Source: Candidatus Sysuimicrobiota bacterium (GTDB lineage Bacteria > Sysuimicrobiota > Sysuimicrobiia > Sysuimicrobiales > Sysuimicrobiaceae). Taken from it: DNA of 64,000 nucleotides. This document shows, piece after piece, positions 61,913-64,000 of the stretch; the first letter of the stretch is position 1; each line of letters starts with the position of its first letter. Where the stretch lies: the NCBI GenBank assembly GCA_040289515.1, contig PSLI01000007.1:29-64028 (forward strand), written 5' to 3'. The position numbers were made by a program, and so were the translations under genes. The notes beneath the pieces are model-generated. The model was given only the letters and a program-made list of their open reading frames with translations. It did no database searches and had not been told where the DNA came from.

Positions 61913-64000
61913 GGTGGCGCGCGTTCTTCCTGGTCCTTCTCGCCCTCGGGTTGGTGGTGTGGCCCACCGTGGCCCGCTGGTACACGGACTGGTTGTGGTT
62001 CGTGGAGCTGGGTTATCCCCGTGTGTTCTGGGTGCCGGCCTTATCCAAAGCGGGGCTGTTCAGCTTCGTGGCGGTCCTGGTTTGGGCTGTGCTGTACGGG
62101 AACCTGGCCCTGGCGGCGCGGGCTCTGCCACCCCCCGCCCGGGTGGAGCTGCGGCTCGACGGGACCCGCTACGTGCCGCGCCCCGGGCTGCACAGGTGGC
62201 TTGGGTGGAGCTGCGCAGGGGTCGCGGTTCTGGCGGGACTGGCGGCTACCGGGCAGTGGGTGGCGTTCCAGCAGTTCGTACACGCGGCCCCCGCAGGCGA
62301 GCAGGACCCCGTCTTCGGACTGGACGTTTCCTTTTACATGCTGCGGCTACCCTTCTGGCGCTTCCTCCAACACCTCCTGTGGGGGTGGCTGCTGGTCGGC
62401 GGGCTGGGGGCGCTCGTGCTGTACCTGGTGGCCCTTACGGCGCGCCCCAGCCTGAGGGGGCTGCTGGCCCTGCCGCCGGGCGCCCGGGCGCACCTCTCGG
62501 TGGTAGCCGGGCTGCTCCTCCTGGCGCGGGCCGCGGGGTTCCGGCTGGACGCCTACGAACTGCTCACCTCGCAGCGGGGATTGGCGTTCGGGCTGTCCTA
62601 CGCGGACGCCCACGCTCGCCTGCCGGCCCTGCAGGTGCTGTCGCTTCTGGCGGTGGTGTGTGCGGTCCTGCTGTTCCTGAACGCCTGGCTGCGGACCTTT
62701 CGGTTTGCGGTGGCCGTCCTGGCGGTGATGGCGTTGGGGTGGTTCGTGGGCGTGGGGATGGTTCCCACCGCGGTGCAGCAGCTGGTGGTGGCCCCCGCGG
62801 AACTCAGTCGCGAGGCCCCGTACCTGCAACGGCACATCGAGGCCACCCTGCGCGCGTACGGGCTTGACCGGGTGCGCCTGGTGCCCTTCGAGCCCCAGGA
62901 CCGGCTGGAAGGTGAGGCCCTGGCGCGGCATCGAAACACCCTGGACAACGTGCGGCTGTGGGACTACCGTCCCCTGCTGGAAACGTTCCGGCAGCTGCAG
63001 AGCCTGCGCGCCTACTACACCTTCGCCGACGTGGACATCGACCGCTACGCCGTTCGGGGACGCCAGCAGCAGCTCATGCTGGCGGTGCGGGAGCTGGACG
63101 TCACGCGCCTGCCGCCCCAGGCACGCACCTGGGTGAACGAGCACCTGGTGTACACCCACGGCTACGGCGTGGTGGCCGCCCCGGTGCACCGGGTCTCGGA
63201 GGAGGGGCTGCCGGAGCTTTGGCTGCGCGACATCCCGTCCCGGTGGGCGTTCCCGGAGCTGCAGGTGGACCGGCCGGAGATCTACTTCGGCGAGCTCACG
63301 GGCCACTACGTGGTCGTCAACACGCGGGTGCCGGAGTTCGACTACCCCCGGGGGGAAGAGAACGTGACCACCCGGTACCAGGGCCGCGCGGGGATCCCCC
63401 TGCGGGGATGGTTCCGCCGGCTGGCCTTCGCCACCCGGTTCGGGGACTGGCGGATTCTGCTGTCCACGGACCTCACCGGGGATAGCCGCATCCTGTTCGC
63501 CCGGGCGGTGCCGGAGCGGGTGCGCCGCCTGGCACCCTTCCTGCGGTACGACCGGGATCCTTACGCGGTGGTTGCCAATGGCCGCGTGTACTGGCTCCTG
63601 GACGCGTACACCGCCAGTGGCCAGTACCCGTACAGCCAACCCTTCGGGCCGGTCAACTATCTCCGAAACTCCGTGAAGGTGGTGGTGGACGCCTACCACG
63701 GGGACGTGCACTTCTACGTGGCGGACCCCGCCGACCCCCTTCTGCGGACGTACGCCCGCATCTTCCCCGGGCTGTTCCGTCCCCTGGAGGAGCTTCCCCT
63801 CTCGCTGCGGGCCCACCTGCGCTACCCCGTGGATCTGTTCGAGGTGCAGGCACAGGTGTACGCCACCTACCACATGCGCGACCCTCGGGTCTTTTACAAT
63901 CGGGAGGACGCCTGGGCAGTGGCCCAGGAGATCTTTGCGGACCGCCCGCAGCCGGTGGAACCTTACTACGTAACCCTGCACTTACCCGGCGCGGGTTCGG
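61909..64000 (+). CDS. UPF0182-family large membrane protein (5' part; continues beyond window)
   Basis: This gene is not in the ORF track because there is no stop in the window. My own translation from GTG 61909 gives VRWRAFFLVLLALGL..YTDWLWFVELGYPRVFW..EAPYLQRHIEATLRAYGLD..NVRLWDYRPLLETFRQLQSLRAYYTFADVDIDRY..NYLRNSVKVVVDAYHGDVHFYV..HLRYPVDLFEVQAQVYATYHM. The frame stays open to the window end. Confidence 0.85.
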   Translation, partial: MRWRAFFLVLLALGLVVWPTVARWYTDWLWFVELGYPRVFWVPALSKAGLFSFVAVLVWAVLYGNLALAARALPPPARVELRLDGTRYVPRPGLHRWLGWSCAGVAVLAGLAATGQWVAFQQFVHAAPAGEQDPVFGLDVSFYMLRLPFWRFLQHLLWGWLLVGGLGALVLYLVALTARPSLRGLLALPPGARAHLSVVAGLLLLARAAGFRLDAYELLTSQRGLAFGLSYADAHARLPALQVLSLLAVVCAVLLFLNAWLRTFRFAVAVLAVMALGWFVGVGMVPTAVQQLVVAPAELSREAPYLQRHIEATLRAYGLDRVRLVPFEPQDRLEGEALARHRNTLDNVRLWDYRPLLETFRQLQSLRAYYTFADVDIDRYAVRGRQQQLMLAVRELDVTRLPPQARTWVNEHLVYTHGYGVVAAPVHRVSEEGLPELWLRDIPSRWAFPELQVDRPEIYFGELTGHYVVVNTRVPEFDYPRGEENVTTRYQGRAGIPLRGWFRRLAFATRFGDWRILLSTDLTGDSRILFARAVPERVRRLAPFLRYDRDPYAVVANGRVYWLLDAYTASGQYPYSQPFGPVNYLRNSVKVVVDAYHGDVHFYVADPADPLLRTYARIFPGLFRPLEELPLSLRAHLRYPVDLFEVQAQVYATYHMRDPRVFYNREDAWAVAQEIFADRPQPVEPYYVTLHLPGAGS

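Noticed and set aside
61914-63981. Track ORFs 61914..62867 (+) and 62347..63981 (-, 544 aa)
   Set aside because: Both give R/G/P-rich junk. The third plus frame, starting at 61909, gives an uninterrupted UPF0182-family sequence to the window end.

Overview
This is a visibly very GC-rich bacterial chromosomal segment; third codon positions are almost all G/C, and long shadow ORFs occur on every frame. Most genes lie on the minus strand. Several features recall Thermus-like diderm thermophiles: EF-P with a KLGRGS loop, CIRCE-controlled groESL, a DUF3782-type coiled-coil nuclease and giant ComZ-like pilus proteins.

Main blocks:
1. 1-8.1 kb: tRNA-Arg, a MoaB remnant, an MFS transporter, an Fe(III)/polyamine-type ABC importer, efp, and a TPR plus degenerate-GGDEF pair.
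2. 8.2-11.6 kb: a coiled-coil PD-(D/E)xK protein, a GT-C glycosyltransferase and a fused nucleotidyltransferase-HEPN protein.
3. 11.6-27.2 kb: a type IV pilus supercluster. It holds pilM-N-O-P-Q-pilD plus three paralogous minor-pilin modules, two of which carry giant PilX-N-terminal/ComZ-like proteins. Three sigma54-type promoters sit in front of pilus operons.
4. 27.4-29.1 kb: a GT2 glycosyltransferase and a RAYT-type Y1 transposase. The transposase is flanked by inverted copies of a 26-nt palindromic repeat that also recurs elsewhere in the window, which is a REPtron arrangement.
5. 29-38 kb: housekeeping and decaying genes. These are an SDR, an M20 peptidase, a Gfo/Idh/MocA pseudogene, tRNA-Ile, groESL with CIRCE, ArsR with a decayed P1B-ATPase and a solute-binding-protein remnant, and an amidohydrolase.
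6. 38-58.3 kb: a minus-strand catabolic supercluster, preceded by a convergent plus-strand creatininase-family gene (38282..39130). It links tryptophan 2,3-dioxygenase and kynureninase to an anthraniloyl-CoA-type hybrid pathway. Components are an aryl-CoA ligase, a fused flavin monooxygenase/OYE reductase, MarR, beta-oxidation-like enzymes, RidA and a Liv-type ABC importer with a fused double ATPase.
7. 58.8-64 kb: tRNA-Phe, tRNA-Asp, pncB, a SufT/DUF59 gene and a UPF0182 membrane protein that runs off the window.

I saw no CRISPR array, rRNA or integrase. All calls come from reading the sequence and ORF translations, without any database search.
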